Source: a phage
Strand: one strand, 5' to 3'
Sequence record: OZ346219.1
Length of the DNA stretch: 64,000 nt
The notes beneath the pieces were generated by a model. It was not told the DNA's origin. It did no database searches and saw nothing but the letters and a program-made list of their open reading frames with translations. A program made the translations under genes and the position numbers. Position 1 is the first letter of the stretch. Each line of letters starts with the position of its first letter. Below are positions 1-8,823 of the stretch, one piece after another.

Positions 1-2
1 CA

Positions 3-863
3 ATGCGTGATTATCTTTCTTTGCTGAAAGGTGATTATATCATTGCGATGGCAACTCATGGAGAATTGTTTGCAGATCCGATAAGTGATGTTGTATTTTC
101 TAAGATGGGATCGGTATCATTCCCGAATCACATTTTGTTACAGCAAATGCCTCGTGTATCATATGCAGCAATTTATTCTACTAAAATGGGTAAAATTGTG
201 TGCGAAGGGATGCAAGCAACTCACGGGGAAGGACAAGATTCATCTATACAAATTGAGAAAGTCTATGATACTATAGATGATCTTGCTATAACAGGAACAC
301 CACAACGATTTTTAGATTATCCGGTTGAGTATGTTAGCGAAGATGCCGAACATTTCGAGCTAATACAATGGCCTCGTGATGAGACCAGCGCCCCACTTGA
401 GGATTTTAACATAAAGACAGGTGACAAACTATCAATATCCTTTGAATTGTTCCGTGATAGTGCCGCAGCCGCAGCCAACGTAACAGCGCGTTTCTATCAC
501 AACTACTTCACCGATGGACAATATCAAACTGGTGTTCGATACAATGCCAGCAAAAAAGACCAATGGGAAAAGTTTGAAGCCGTCTATACCGTACCGGAAG
601 GAGTTGATAGTGTAGTAACTGGTTGTATCAGATATCCAACCAACTCCAATGAAGGTATTGTTAAAATTAGAAACATACTAATAACGCCGATCAGTGGAGT
701 CGTCAAAACTACTGGTCCTACTTCATTTGGTGTTAATGGTGTTAGAACAACTCATATTCAGGATAACGGTGATTTTACTAACCCTGTAATGAGTCTTCTT
801 AAACTACCCAGAGATAATAAACACATCACATCCAACAACTTTAAAGAGTTTGATGTTGATTAA
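3..863 (+). CDS. long tail fibre protein, gp35-like (or C-terminus of gp34); 5' end truncated by window edge
   Basis: Partial ORF running in from the left edge, immediately upstream of gp36/gp37 in T4 order; identity inferred from synteny only. Confidence 0.45.
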   Translation: MRDYLSLLKGDYIIAMATHGELFADPISDVVFSKMGSVSFPNHILLQQMPRVSYAAIYSTKMGKIVCEGMQATHGEGQDSSIQIEKVYDTIDDLAITGTPQRFLDYPVEYVSEDAEHFELIQWPRDETSAPLEDFNIKTGDKLSISFELFRDSAAAAANVTARFYHNYFTDGQYQTGVRYNASKKDQWEKFEAVYTVPEGVDSVVTGCIRYPTNSNEGIVKIRNILITPISGVVKTTGPTSFGVNGVRTTHIQDNGDFTNPVMSLLKLPRDNKHITSNNFKEFDVD

Positions 864-1024
864 CATTTTTAACAAGCCGATCCATGTGGTCGGCTTTATT
901 TTTATACAGTTGGTTAAATTGTAACCAAAACGAAGAAAGATCTTTAGAATAATAGAAAATTTGTTTCGGTTAAAAATTAGTCAGTGCCTACGGCACGTCG
1001 CGAAGCGATATTTTGTTAACATTC

Positions 1025-1032
1025 TATAAATA
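1025..1032 (+). promoter_or_regulatory. T4-type late promoter (TATAAATA) upstream of gp36
   Basis: Exact TATAAATA at 1025-1032, ~35 nt upstream of the gp36 ATG (1067); matches the T4 late promoter consensus recognised by gp55. Confidence 0.6.
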
Positions 1033-1066
1033 CTCGGAACTATAACTAATTTTTTGAGGTTACTTT

Positions 1067-2557
1067 ATGGCAGATTTGAAATATGGATCTACTGTAGGTG
1101 GATCTCCCATTTGGACGCAAGGAAATTTGACGATCCAGCCAGCGGGGGATCAGCTTTTCTACAAAGGTCATAAAATCTATACCGCTTTTGATAGACCTTC
1201 GGCTACCGATTTTGATGCTGTTAGTGCATCCGAAGGTGGCACATTTCAAAAGCAAGTTCATTTCGAGGAAGGTTTAAGCGTAGGTAGCGCATCGGCTGGA
1301 GAAACCAAAAAGAATGGTATCTTTAAAGGTCAGAGTGACGCTGCTAATTTTGACGGCGTAAGCTGGGGTTTGCATTCATGGAAGTCAATCGGCTTTGTTA
1401 ATGCCCGTGATGGCGTTATTATGGCGTATATTGACACCACAACGGGCGAATTTAAGTCTAAAGGGACTATCGAAGGGACAACCATTAAAGACACAGGTCA
1501 ACGCGTCTATAGCCCTGTTAATAAACCAACGAATAATGATTTGGATTTAGTTTCCCGTCGCGGTGATACTCTCACAGGAACATATAATTTAAACACTGTC
1601 ACTGTTAAACTATCGGTTGATTCGAAATTAATTGCAAGGGAACGTGATTTAATTAATTTTGATGCGACTAAGATCTATTATGGTAACGTTCTTGATACGT
1701 TGGTCTTCCGAAGTAAAGATGAGCCTACCATTTTTGTTAATGGCAAAGAAGGTCGTTTTTATCACACCAACAATAAACCAACTAAAGCCGATGTTGGGCT
1801 AGGCAATGTCACCAATGATGCACAGGTTAAACGTGCTGGTGATATTATGGAAGGTAACTTGCAAGCGCCTAGAATGTTGGCGACAAACGATCCTGCTGGT
1901 CCTAATGAATTGGTTCGTTTGAGCTACTTTGAGAGAAAATCAATGGTAGCAAATCCAACCATCATTGGAAACGTTGATTGGAACACTCTTATTAATCGCG
2001 GTATCTATCGTGTGGAAAATGCTGGATCAGGTACTAATAAACCGTCTGATAGCTATTATAACGGCGTTTTGATGGTATATCGCCCAGAAGATGCTGTTGG
2101 TACTCGTCGAATTGTTCAGGTGTATTATCCTGAATCTATTGACCATCCGATGTGCTGGCGTTCGTGTTCTAATGAATCATGGACTGCATGGAACTATGTA
2201 GATCACCGTAAATTAGCCGATATTCGCTATGTTAACGTCACTGGCGATACCATGACAGGACCGTTAACTGTTCCTGCTGCAAATGGCGTTAGAACAGCTA
2301 AAACTAACTATAACGGGGATAACTGTTATGCGGCGTTAAGCGGTGCTGATGGTACTGCTATGATTCACCGCATTAGTGATATTAAAGGGACCGAAAAGCT
2401 GGGGATCACCCACGACTCAAAGGTCGTGTTTTTCCGTTCTAGAAACAATACTCAAACCGTGGACCGCTATCAGCTTTATCATGAAGGTAATAAACCTACT
2501 CCGGCTGATGTTGGAGCGGTTCCACTTAATGCGGTGATTGATTTTGGTACTTTCTAA
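1067..2557 (+). CDS. gp36: long tail fibre subunit gp36 (496 aa, longer than T4 gp36)
   Basis: N-terminus MADLKYGSTVGGSPIWTQGN... matches recalled T4 gp36 N-terminus; sits between gp35-like and gp37. Confidence 0.75.
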   Translation: MADLKYGSTVGGSPIWTQGNLTIQPAGDQLFYKGHKIYTAFDRPSATDFDAVSASEGGTFQKQVHFEEGLSVGSASAGETKKNGIFKGQSDAANFDGVSWGLHSWKSIGFVNARDGVIMAYIDTTTGEFKSKGTIEGTTIKDTGQRVYSPVNKPTNNDLDLVSRRGDTLTGTYNLNTVTVKLSVDSKLIARERDLINFDATKIYYGNVLDTLVFRSKDEPTIFVNGKEGRFYHTNNKPTKADVGLGNVTNDAQVKRAGDIMEGNLQAPRMLATNDPAGPNELVRLSYFERKSMVANPTIIGNVDWNTLINRGIYRVENAGSGTNKPSDSYYNGVLMVYRPEDAVGTRRIVQVYYPESIDHPMCWRSCSNESWTAWNYVDHRKLADIRYVNVTGDTMTGPLTVPAANGVRTAKTNYNGDNCYAALSGADGTAMIHRISDIKGTEKLGITHDSKVVFFRSRNNTQTVDRYQLYHEGNKPTPADVGAVPLNAVIDFGTF

Positions 2558-2562
2558 TTTTA

Positions 2563-2587
2563 GCGGGGATTATCTCCCCGCTTTTCT
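2563..2587 (+). terminator. stem-loop (GCGGGGA-ttatc-TCCCCGC) followed by TTTTCT after gp36
   Basis: Perfect 7-bp GC-rich inverted repeat directly followed by a T-run, seen in sequence. Confidence 0.55.
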
Positions 2588-2627
2588 AAATAATATTATT
2601 CTAACAACCGTTTAAGGATTTTATAAA

Positions 2628-5564
2628 ATGGCAGATTTAAACAGAATCCAATTTAAACGTACTAGCACGAAAGGTCGTAAACCTGATGCTACTACAATGA
2701 CGCAAGGTGAACTTGCTATCAACCTGCATGATTATTATTTGTTTACAAAAAATGACTCTGGTTCTATTATTAACTTAAGCTGTCCTCCGATCTATGACCG
2801 CGATGTTATCATGGCTGGTAAAGTAAAGGGAGATTATTACATTTTAGGTAAAACCGCCAATTATCTTGAAGATCAGACAGCGAGAGACCTTAACCGTTTT
2901 GGGGCATTCCGTACCAACGGTCTAGATGGATTTTTAGATTTGACCTTGCATGTTCCTCATTCTGGTGGCGTTCAACATGGTCGAGGATTTACTTTCAATT
3001 ATGGACACACAGGACCGCGCGTAGAAACTTATGGATATAATGCACAGGGACAAAAAGCATTTAGTTATAAAATGTATCACGAAGGTGATAAACCAACTCC
3101 AGGAGAATTGAACGTCTATAGCAAACAAGAAGTAGATAGAATGTTTGTTAAGAACGTTAAACTTTCTACAGGTTCTGGTGATATCGTTGAAGGTTATTTT
3201 AAATTAGCGACTGCGATGATTCCACAAGACGGTCGTAGTGTATTTTTTCGTATTCATGGTGGTAACGGATATAACGTTACTGCATACGATCAAGTTGATA
3301 TTGTAGAAATTGTTATTCGCAGTGGAAATAATCGTCCTAAAGGTGTTAACGTTATTGCATACCGCCGAAATACAAACAAAGCATTTGATGTTTTGGCTGT
3401 TAATACTTCTGGTGATAACTATGATATCTACGTGAAATATCAGCGTTGCACTGATAACGTTATTGTTGAATTTGGTAAAAGTGTTGATGTTAATCTGGTA
3501 GTTCATGACGTTCCAGACTTTGTTGTTGATCGTCCTGTTGGCGATAATGTTATTGGCGGTCGCGCGGTAACTCTTTTCAACACCGAAAACAAACGAGGTG
3601 TGTTGAGTTTTGACGATAACACACAAAATAGTTATGATATTGTTCACTTGAGTAATGATAAGGGTACTGGACGAAAATATATTCGTAAATTCCGTAGTAA
3701 CTATAATGAAACGATCTGGCATGAGACGGTTCAAGGTAACGTATATCGTTTAGCTACTGGAACTACCGACGCAAACGAAGTTCTCAAAATTACCGACCGC
3801 ACGTTGCAAACTGGCAATGCTGTTTTTGATGGTGGTAATAATAATGTTCGTTTACATCGTAAAACCGGAAAAAGTAACTATCTGGAATATTATGATGCCC
3901 GTAACGGAGCAAATAAACGTCAGGGATATATTGGCTATGGTGATGCCACAACTAACCAGTTGTCAATTATTAACGAACTCTCCGAAGGTAATAACTCGAT
4001 TTTCTTTAACGAGACAGGTCAAATTTCACTTAACGTAGGAAAGACAAAAATTGTTCATAGCAACGGACAATATATTTCTACTAACGCCGATAACTATCGT
4101 ATAATTTATGGTAATTATGGAACATTCTGGCGAAATGATAGCGTTAAACTTTATCTCATGTCCACTGCCGAAAATGATAAATGGGGTACTTGGAATAGCT
4201 ATCGACCATTCATTTACAACCTAACCAACGGCGATGTTCAATTGGGTGGTGATGCCAATACAACCGTATTGACCTTAGAAGCAGCAAGCAAAATCTCAAG
4301 ATTTGGTGGTTCTGTTTATAGCGGTGGCGATTTTTATAATAAAGGCCAGTATATCATAATGGAAGCTGGGCGCGCTGGATCTCGCGATTATATTCGATTT
4401 AATCATTGGGGTGATAGTAATAATGCCCGTGATAACGTTTTGTACATAGAAGATAGTCAAGGCCGACATTTTAGCACAGAACGTGCGATGGGTACTGGTG
4501 CTCTTAAAGCATACTTCTTAGGCGATCTTGAAGTCGGTGGTAAGTTTACTTGGGGTAAAAATACAGCTACATCTAGCTTTAATATTCGTGCATGGGGTAA
4601 TGATTCCCGTAAACAAGTATTAGAATGCGCGGATGAAAGTGGGTGGCATTGGTACACACAACGAACGGGCGGTCCTGATACTTCTGCAATTGATTTTGCC
4701 ATCAATGGTACTGTTAGGCCTCAAGCAATTCACACTGGCGGTAATATCACGCTTAACGGTGCTGATATTGAATTTAAACGAAGCGGTAACAAGCATTTAT
4801 GGTTTAGAGATCCGAACGGCTTAGAGTTGGGTCTGTTGTACTGCGATGATGCTGGTGTTATGCGTATTCGTGGGGAGAAATCGACCGAAGTATGGAAATT
4901 CTCAGCAAAACAGATTCATCTGGAAACTGGTACTGCCGGAAATGGTGTAGGCTTGCTTCGTGGTGCTGTAGGTGGTGGCGCATGGACTCAATGGCGAGAT
5001 CGTGGCACTGGCTTGCAGGTTGATTGTCAGCAATCTGAAAACTCAGCGCATAACGTATGGAGAGCTACGCATCAAGGAAAATACCACATCGCGGCAATGG
5101 GTGTACACGTTCCTGGTGGTACTATCGGAAATGCTATGGTGCGTATTCACGTACACGATGCAACTTTTGACTTTAGCGCAACTGGTGATTTCCAAGCAGG
5201 TCGTAACGGTAATTTTAACGATGTGTACATTCGTTCTGATGCTCGCCTGAAAATCAATAAGGAAGAGTATAAAGAGAATGCTACCGATAAAGTTAATCGC
5301 TTGACGGTATACACCTATGACAAGGTTAAATCTTTAACTGACCGTACTGTCATTGCTCATGAAGTTGGTATTATTGCTCAGGATCTTGAGAAAGAATTGC
5401 CAGAAGCAGTAAAAACCTCGAAGATCGGCGACGGTGATACACCAGAAGAGATCTTAACAATTTCTAACTCTGCTGTCAACGCTCTTTTAATTAAGGCGTT
5501 TCAGGAAATGAGTGAAGAACTTAAAGCCGTTAAAGCTGAACTAGCGGAACTTAAAAAGAATTAA
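2628..5564 (+). CDS. gp37: long tail fibre distal subunit gp37 (978 aa) with C-terminal intramolecular chaperone (peptidase S74-like) domain
   Basis: N-terminus MADLNRIQFKRTSTKGRKPD...GELAINL matches T4 gp37. C-terminus ...SDARLKINKEEY...AHEVGIIAQDLEKELPEAV...LKAVKAELAELKKN fits the S-D-x-R-L-K autocleaving chaperone domain of endosialidase-type fibres and lacks the T4 HxH needle repeats. Confidence 0.85.
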   Translation: MADLNRIQFKRTSTKGRKPDATTMTQGELAINLHDYYLFTKNDSGSIINLSCPPIYDRDVIMAGKVKGDYYILGKTANYLEDQTARDLNRFGAFRTNGLDGFLDLTLHVPHSGGVQHGRGFTFNYGHTGPRVETYGYNAQGQKAFSYKMYHEGDKPTPGELNVYSKQEVDRMFVKNVKLSTGSGDIVEGYFKLATAMIPQDGRSVFFRIHGGNGYNVTAYDQVDIVEIVIRSGNNRPKGVNVIAYRRNTNKAFDVLAVNTSGDNYDIYVKYQRCTDNVIVEFGKSVDVNLVVHDVPDFVVDRPVGDNVIGGRAVTLFNTENKRGVLSFDDNTQNSYDIVHLSNDKGTGRKYIRKFRSNYNETIWHETVQGNVYRLATGTTDANEVLKITDRTLQTGNAVFDGGNNNVRLHRKTGKSNYLEYYDARNGANKRQGYIGYGDATTNQLSIINELSEGNNSIFFNETGQISLNVGKTKIVHSNGQYISTNADNYRIIYGNYGTFWRNDSVKLYLMSTAENDKWGTWNSYRPFIYNLTNGDVQLGGDANTTVLTLEAASKISRFGGSVYSGGDFYNKGQYIIMEAGRAGSRDYIRFNHWGDSNNARDNVLYIEDSQGRHFSTERAMGTGALKAYFLGDLEVGGKFTWGKNTATSSFNIRAWGNDSRKQVLECADESGWHWYTQRTGGPDTSAIDFAINGTVRPQAIHTGGNITLNGADIEFKRSGNKHLWFRDPNGLELGLLYCDDAGVMRIRGEKSTEVWKFSAKQIHLETGTAGNGVGLLRGAVGGGAWTQWRDRGTGLQVDCQQSENSAHNVWRATHQGKYHIAAMGVHVPGGTIGNAMVRIHVHDATFDFSATGDFQAGRNGNFNDVYIRSDARLKINKEEYKENATDKVNRLTVYTYDKVKSLTDRTVIAHEVGIIAQDLEKELPEAVKTSKIGDGDTPEEILTISNSAVNALLIKAFQEMSEELKAVKAELAELKKN

Positions 5565-5598
5565 GGAAACTCCCAGGGAAGGGAACTACTAAGGAGAA

Positions 5599-5844
5599 AT
5601 GGCTATGGTCTATAATATCGTCATTGGTGCTTTATCTAATTTCGGAATGAAATTATTGTCAAAGTTAATTAGTGAAAAGATGCTCACTAAAATTTTCTTC
5701 TATTGCGCTCGTCGTCTTGCGGCTTATACCAATACACCAATTGACGATCGTTTTGTGGAAGAACTTTATAAGGAGTTTAATAAAGACCAGTCAGAAGATA
5801 GTAACGAGCAAGATAAACCTAGTGATAGTCAACTACCTAAATAA
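5599..5844 (+). CDS. hypothetical small protein (81 aa), hydrophobic N-terminus, acidic C-terminus
   Basis: Strong RBS (AAGGAG) 5 nt upstream of the ATG; occupies the slot between gp37 and holin t where T-even phages carry gp38. Confidence 0.45.
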   Translation: MAMVYNIVIGALSNFGMKLLSKLISEKMLTKIFFYCARRLAAYTNTPIDDRFVEELYKEFNKDQSEDSNEQDKPSDSQLPK

Positions 5845-5877
5845 GAGTACACTGTCATAGTTATCTTAGGGCATTAT

Positions 5878-6534
5878 ATGCAAGTTTCTGAAAAAGGGAA
5901 AGACTTTGCTATCTCAAATGTCCTGCGCGCTATTTTCACAACTAAAAGCACGGAGTTGCTCGTACTTCGTGTTTTTGCTGCCGTCGTGTTGTCCATATTG
6001 GCATTTGTCGTTTATAGTAAAAACGAGTTATTTGCGCTTTATAAAGAGACTCGTTATGAGACTTATGCTCACATTCTCCAGGTAGAGAAAGACCGCAATT
6101 TTGATAATGCAGCACAGGAGCAGTTACAGATAGTTCATGTGTCGGCTGATGCCGATTTTTCTGCTGTTTTTAGTTTTCGTCCGAAAAACCTAAACTATTT
6201 TGTTGATTTGGTGGCATATGAAGGAAAGCTACCACACACAATCGATGAAAAAAATTTAGGCGGATTCCCTATCAATAAAACGAGTGAAGAATATCGTAGG
6301 CATCTTTTAGGTAAATCATATTTTACCGATAAAGATTTCCAGTATATTCCATCAAGAGAAAAGAAATTAGAGAATATCGATATAGGTTTCATGTATTCTT
6401 GTCCTATATTCAATCTCGATAATGTCTATTCTGGTAGTATCGCCATTTCATGGAAGAATAAACCGGATATTGACATTGAGAATTTAGATACTCTTTGCAA
6501 TCAATCTGCCAGAATCCTCGGAAGGATTAGATAA
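5878..6534 (+). CDS. t: holin t (218 aa)
   Basis: Same length as T4 holin; conserved stretches LQIVHVSADADFSAVFSFRPKNLNYFVD, YSCPIFNLDNVYSGSI, ARILGR match the recalled T4 T sequence. Confidence 0.9.
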   Translation: MQVSEKGKDFAISNVLRAIFTTKSTELLVLRVFAAVVLSILAFVVYSKNELFALYKETRYETYAHILQVEKDRNFDNAAQEQLQIVHVSADADFSAVFSFRPKNLNYFVDLVAYEGKLPHTIDEKNLGGFPINKTSEEYRRHLLGKSYFTDKDFQYIPSREKKLENIDIGFMYSCPIFNLDNVYSGSIAISWKNKPDIDIENLDTLCNQSARILGRIR

Positions 6535-6540
6535 CTTAAA

Positions 6541-6573
6541 GGGGAAGCCTTTCGGCCTCCCCTTCTTTTTATT
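6541..6573. terminator. bidirectional stem-loop (GGGGAAGCC-tttc-GGCCTCCCC) between holin t (+) and the convergent minus-strand block
   Basis: GC-rich hairpin with one internal mismatch, followed by TTCTTTTTATT on the + strand; lies between convergent genes. Confidence 0.55.
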
Positions 6574-6817
6574 GGCGCATAGACGCGCCTGAATCGCATT
6601 TTGACGCTGTATGATGAAAACAGGTAGCGTACCAGTCATCGGCTTGTTTGTCTTCGTCAGAAAACGCGTAATTGCGTTGTATGCCGTTTTCTACTTTGAC
6701 CAGTGCAATAGCTGTTTCTGGAAGATCAATCAATCGAACAAAATCACCATCTTCCCACTCTACACGAGCAATATCATAGCCCATCTCAAAGTATACAATC
6801 GCTTGTTCTAATTTCAT
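6569..6817 (-). CDS. hypothetical protein (82 aa)
   Basis: Track ORF; its ATG overlaps the stop of the upstream gene (ATGA), consistent with coupled translation. Confidence 0.45.
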   Translation of the reverse strand: MKLEQAIVYFEMGYDIARVEWEDGDFVRLIDLPETAIALVKVENGIQRNYAFSDEDKQADDWYATCFHHTASKCDSGASMRQ

Positions 6818-7143
6818 TCTGGAAACTTCCCGTAAACATTCTCTGCCAGCTTACGTGCATCTTTTACAATATCTTTCATGTAATGACTATAATTTTTAGC
6901 TAGATCAATTATGCAATCAACAAAGAAGTAATAGCGTCGCAGTGCTACCAGCTCAACATCTTCAAGATGACCATTTTCTCCAATCGCTGAAATATGTTTA
7001 AATTCCTTTCGGATCGCGTCCATCGCTACATTAACTTCTTTTATAATATCTTTCGTATTATATGCACCTCGACTAATCAAAATTTTGGTTAGGTCTTCTG
7101 CTTTTTCGTGAAAGTTGTCAATTTCAAACTCGATCATAATCAC
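6814..7143 (-). CDS. hypothetical protein (109 aa), paralog of 7252-7584
   Basis: C-terminal ...LAKNYSHYMKDIVKDARKLAENVYGKF resembles ...LNDHNYTMNMTKIIDEARIMTENIFGKF of the neighbour. Confidence 0.5.
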   Translation of the reverse strand: MIMIEFEIDNFHEKAEDLTKILISRGAYNTKDIIKEVNVAMDAIRKEFKHISAIGENGHLEDVELVALRRYYFFVDCIIDLAKNYSHYMKDIVKDARKLAENVYGKFPE

Positions 7144-7251
7144 CTCTCATAATTTCACGCTGTTGTTTCAACATTTTTTCGTGGTTTGCTAATTCTATAC
7201 CTTGTAATAGCATAACCAGTGCAATTTTCAATGATTCATCATCTTTCATAA

Positions 7252-7584
7252 TCAAAATTTACCGAAAATATTCTCTGTCATAATTCTTGCTTCGTCGATT
7301 ATTTTCGTCATGTTCATGGTGTAGTTATGATCATTTAGTGCCTTAATGACAACGAGCAAGGAATCTAAAAACACTCGATACCGGGTATATTCTACGCTAT
7401 TTGTGAATACCGATGTTTTCTCTACTTTATCGATCAGATAGCCTAAAGCCGATAGCGCCTCGTTTACTTCCCTTGTTACTTTATCGGCGCTAAACAACAC
7501 CGGATAAAGACGCGGTGTGATTAACCGCGCTGCCTCTTTCAATTCGGTCGCTTTCCATGATTCATATTTGTCATAGTTAAACAT
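7252..7584 (-). CDS. hypothetical protein (110 aa), paralog of 6814-7143
   Basis: Shared C-terminal motif with the adjacent ORF (tandem duplication). Confidence 0.5.
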   Translation of the reverse strand: MFNYDKYESWKATELKEAARLITPRLYPVLFSADKVTREVNEALSALGYLIDKVEKTSVFTNSVEYTRYRVFLDSLLVVIKALNDHNYTMNMTKIIDEARIMTENIFGKF

Positions 7585-7596
7585 TGTATAATCTCC

Positions 7597-7929
7597 TTAC
7601 AGATGAAAACCTGTTACGATCACCGCATCGATCATACCGCTAGGAATAAACGGTTCGCCCTCTTTTATTTCAACTTTGAATTGATGCCATTTCGCTAATA
7701 CTTCTTCCGGTACACCCAGCGATTCGGCGTCTGCTTTAGTTTCATCCATAATCCAACTAGGCTGCATGAGAGCATAGTTTACATAGTCCATTTCTGGGGT
7801 CATGTCATCAATGTTAATATATTTGCAGTTGACGCGTTTCAGAATTTCAAATTCTTTATTGTCAACCTGTACCATGTATAATTCAGTAGTTTCTGGAATC
7901 AGTTCCCACACAATCAGTACATTTTTCAT
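7597..7929 (-). CDS. hypothetical protein (110 aa)
   Basis: Track ORF in tightly packed minus-strand array; no motif recognised. Confidence 0.45.
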   Translation of the reverse strand: MKNVLIVWELIPETTELYMVQVDNKEFEILKRVNCKYINIDDMTPEMDYVNYALMQPSWIMDETKADAESLGVPEEVLAKWHQFKVEIKEGEPFIPSGMIDAVIVTGFHL

Positions 7930-7937
7930 AGTTCACC

Positions 7938-8306
7938 TCACTTAACAAAGATTTTCTTTAATGCTTTCAGGATCGTTGCTTCCGGCGCTTCTTCCGGTGG
8001 AGGAAGCAATTCTACCACTTCCTCTTCCAACTCGATATAGTCTACCAGATATTCTACATAGAATGCAAGTGCTTCCATGAAATTAGATGCTACATCCGAT
8101 TCACCACACGCGCCCACATGCATTGTATAAACATCACTGCGATCAAGTTTGTGGATACTGCCTAGATAGTTTCGGTTATACCAGACTTCCCACACTTTCA
8201 ACTTTCCGGTTTTGGTTGCTGTTTTATAATCGGTTTCGTAATGATGCAATTGACGTTGCAAATCATTGATAATAACACATTTTTCGTAATTGCTTTGAAT
8301 TTCCAT
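7938..8306 (-). CDS. hypothetical protein (122 aa), acidic/proline-rich C-terminus
   Basis: Track ORF in the packed array. Confidence 0.45.
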   Translation of the reverse strand: MEIQSNYEKCVIINDLQRQLHHYETDYKTATKTGKLKVWEVWYNRNYLGSIHKLDRSDVYTMHVGACGESDVASNFMEALAFYVEYLVDYIELEEEVVELLPPPEEAPEATILKALKKIFVK

Positions 8307-8316
8307 GATGTAATCC

Positions 8317-8508
8317 TCACTTATCGTTAAGAAGTTCTAAAACTTTCTGTCGTACTTTGTCGATATTAGTTGATTCAAAAACTGTACGGTATCCCCAGCT
8401 TTGACCGTATGAGCGGTTGCAATCTCCATATCCCCATTGTTCAACCTGATAATATTCAAGGAATGGGTGCTGCCGAACTATGATACCATCTCTATTAAAA
8501 ATTACCAT
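8317..8508 (-). CDS. hypothetical protein (63 aa)
   Basis: Track ORF in the packed array. Confidence 0.35.
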   Translation of the reverse strand: MVIFNRDGIIVRQHPFLEYYQVEQWGYGDCNRSYGQSWGYRTVFESTNIDKVRQKVLELLNDK

Positions 8509-8530
8509 AATATGATCCTCAAGTCAAAAC

Positions 8531-8812
8531 TTATCTTCGGTTGTACTTCTGCCACTTTCGGTAATACTGCTTGTAAACCTGTCTTGCGTTTTCACCATCT
8601 TTACTATACATGTTATCTACCATCAAGTCAATAAGACCTTCCGGTGTCTGGTAGTTCCCCGCTCGGATAAGTTCTTTAATTAAAGTGTCCTGATGATCTT
8701 TGTATACCACGTTAATGATGGTCTTTTCTGCTTTCTTCGTCCCGATCATCCGGTGGTTAGCTTTCATCGCATCCCACCAATCTTTTGTGATCTTCATGTT
8801 ATTGAATTGCAT
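8531..8812 (-). CDS. hypothetical protein (93 aa)
   Basis: Track ORF in the packed array. Confidence 0.4.
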   Translation of the reverse strand: MQFNNMKITKDWWDAMKANHRMIGTKKAEKTIINVVYKDHQDTLIKELIRAGNYQTPEGLIDLMVDNMYSKDGENARQVYKQYYRKWQKYNRR

Positions 8813-8823
8813 AATTTAACCTC

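Noticed and set aside
2580-2627. Possible late promoter upstream of gp37 (TAAATAAT / TATAAAAT)
   Set aside because: Neither copy matches the strict TATAAATA late consensus; gp37 may instead be expressed by read-through from the gp36 late promoter or from an unrecognised variant.
3204-3734. 176-aa ORF on the minus strand inside gp37
   Set aside because: Antisense to gp37; Asn/Ile-rich low-complexity translation typical of AT-rich antisense frames.
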